From the NCBI RefSeq assembly GCF_963921235.1, contig NC_086097.1, positions 79,300,001 through 79,364,000 on the forward strand: 64,000 bases of DNA, written 5' to 3'. Made by a program: the position numbers and the translations under genes. The notes under the pieces were generated by a model. The model saw nothing but the letters and a program-made list of their open reading frames with translations, was not told the origin of the DNA and did no database searches. Positions 62,020-64,000 of this stretch are shown piece after piece. The stretch is from Mobula hypostoma (taxonomy: Eukaryota). Positions within the stretch are counted from its first letter, which is position 1. Each line of letters begins with the position of its first letter.

Positions 62020-63610
62020 ATAAAGAAGTTGGCTAAAGAATGGCAAATGGATTTTAACACAGATTAATGTGAGGTGATGCATTTCAGTAAATTAAACTAG
62101 TGTGGGACTTGTACTATGAACGGTAGGGCATTACAAGGAGTAATGGAACATAGGGACCTAGGAATACAAGTACATCGTTCAATGGAAGTGGCATCATAGG
62201 TAGACAGGGTGGCAAAAAGGGTGCTTTGCATGCTGAACTTCATCAGTGAGAGTACTGAATATAGATATTATTTCATAGTTATACACGTCATTGGTGAGAC
62301 AGCACTCGGAGTACTGTGCACAGTTTTGGTCACCATGTTAGAGGGAAAATATGGTTAAACTGGAAAGAGTGAAGAAAAGATTTACAAGGATGTTGTCAGG
62401 ATACAGAGCCCAAGTTATATGTCTTTATACTTTGGAATGTAGGAGAAGGAGAGGTGACCTTATCAAAATGCTTTAAGTTATGAGATATAGATAAGGTAGT
62501 TGATAAAGTCTTTATGGTAGGTAAGTCCAAAACTAGGGGGTATAGACTTAGCGTGAGAGGGGAAAGATTTAAAACAGGGGCTCCCAACTTGGACTCCATA
62601 GACTCCTTGCTTAATGCTGCTGGTCCACTGCTGTGGGCGGAGATAAAATGGCACCAGAGAGCAACTTCTTTAAGCTCATCTGCGAAAGATTAAATTCCTC
62701 TCTTTAATGTCTCTTTTTCCTTTTTTTAAAAAATAGAACAGTGGCTGGGTTCTGTAGGAGGCTGTTATCTACAACTGCACTCTAACTGTGGTTCTTCACA
62801 GCGGTGGGTTCCTGCTCCCAGAGCTCGCTGACCATCCGTTTTTGACACCTCCAGGATCAGCCTGGAGGCATGTGCTTTGTACAGCTCTGCAAACTCAATT
62901 CCTCACATGTCAGCAACTGAAATGTCATGGGAGATTGGACGCCGTGAAAACAGATGCAGCTATTGGAGCTCTCTGTACTTGAGCGATCTTGCCCTCTCTC
63001 CTGTCTATGGTGACGGGGGAGTTTGCTGCCAATTCTCGAGTCAGAGGAACTGAAATAAAAGTGACGCTGCAGACTGTAATATCATAATAGCGAGCTATTT
63101 GTTGCTCCTCCCTCTTGCTGTGGAAGGGGCGACACCTCTCTGTCCCTTGTTTGTGAGCCTATGGCATGTTGAATCGTTAGGTAAAGAACGGTTATTGGTA
63201 GTCTGCAGATCATGCTCTCTTTGGGGGCTTTGCTATTGCTTGCTTGGTGGGCACTAATGCTTCTTGCTGCAACAAGTGGGGCTGGGGAGGGGGAAGGTTG
63301 ATGCTTTTGCTGCTGCTTGTGTGTGGGAGAGGGAGGGGAGCTTTGAAGGGGGGGTTCTAACATATTTCTGTCATTCATTATCTGGGGTTTTCATCTGTTT
63401 TGTGGGTGTCTACTGAGAATAAGAATTTGTACGTTGTGTACTATATACATTGCCTGATATTAAATGGAACCATTGAAACATGGCATATAAAAGGCTGTGA
63501 ACCCTTCATTTAAAAAGAATCTGAGGGGCAACTTTTTCCATACAATTGATGGTGAGCATATGAACTAAGAAGCCAGAGGGAATGGATGTGCAGATACAAT
63601 GGTATCACTT
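62020..63610 (+). mobile_element. Decayed CR1 containing a hAT MITE (62575-63507), which in turn contains an ~850-bp unclassified element (~62630-63479)
   Basis: The CR1 sequence gaaag-atttaaaa resumes as atttaaaa-agaatctgaggggcaac. 8-bp TSD atttaaaa at 62567-62574 and 63508-63515. Confidence 0.75.
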
Positions 63611-63611
63611 A

Positions 63612-64000
63612 GTGGACCCATCATATAATGGCAAAGAAAGCACGATAGCATCTTTATTTCTTCAAGAGTCAGCGGAGATTTGGCATGTTATCAAAAACCT
63701 TGGCAAACTTCTATAGATGTGTACTGACAGGCTGCATTTCAGCCTGGTACATGAACACCGATGCCTTTGAGCAAAAAATCCTAAAAAAGTAGCGGATTCA
63801 GCCCAGTACAACACAGGTAAAACCCTCCCAACCATTGAGCACATCTATATGAAACATTGTCATAAAAAAGCAGCATCCATTACCAAAGATCCTCACCACT
63901 CCAGCAATGCTCTTTCCTCGCTGCTGCCATCAGGCAAAAGGTACAGTTGCCCAGGACTCACACCACCAAGGTTCAAGAACAGATACTACCCCTCAACCAT
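63612..64000 (+). mobile_element. Rex1/Babar-type LINE 3' part running off the window
   Basis: aacttctatagatgtg, aaagcagcatccatt.ccaaaga and LLPSGKRY...TTRFKN segments. Confidence 0.75.

Overview
Eukaryotic, AT-rich, repeat-dense vertebrate genomic DNA. The repeat set (CR1, Penelope-like, Rex1/Babar, V-SINE-like, Tigger, Tc1) suggests a cartilaginous fish, probably a ray; that is an inference. The only host gene I can support is PALS1/MPP5, the MAGUK polarity scaffold (L27-L27-PDZ-SH3-HOOK-GUK), on the minus strand. Twelve coding exons run from the ATG at 37230 down to 362. All have GT-AG boundaries and consistent phases, and they total 1851 nt (617 codons). The last coding exon lies left of the window, and no promoter or first non-coding exon was identified. 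The long ORFs in the track are transposon-derived. The most interesting observations are: (1) a Penelope-family hammerhead-ribozyme module that appears in an autonomous-type copy, as ~90-100 bp TSD-flanked mini-insertions and as a perfect 79-bp fold-back; (2) an RTE LINE with a twin-priming-like 5' inversion later split by a young CR1; (3) two candidate extra PALS1 exons, one a frame-preserving HOOK-region cassette and one a stop-containing poison-type exon; (4) several multi-level nested transposon structures. All alignments were done by eye; no database search was run.
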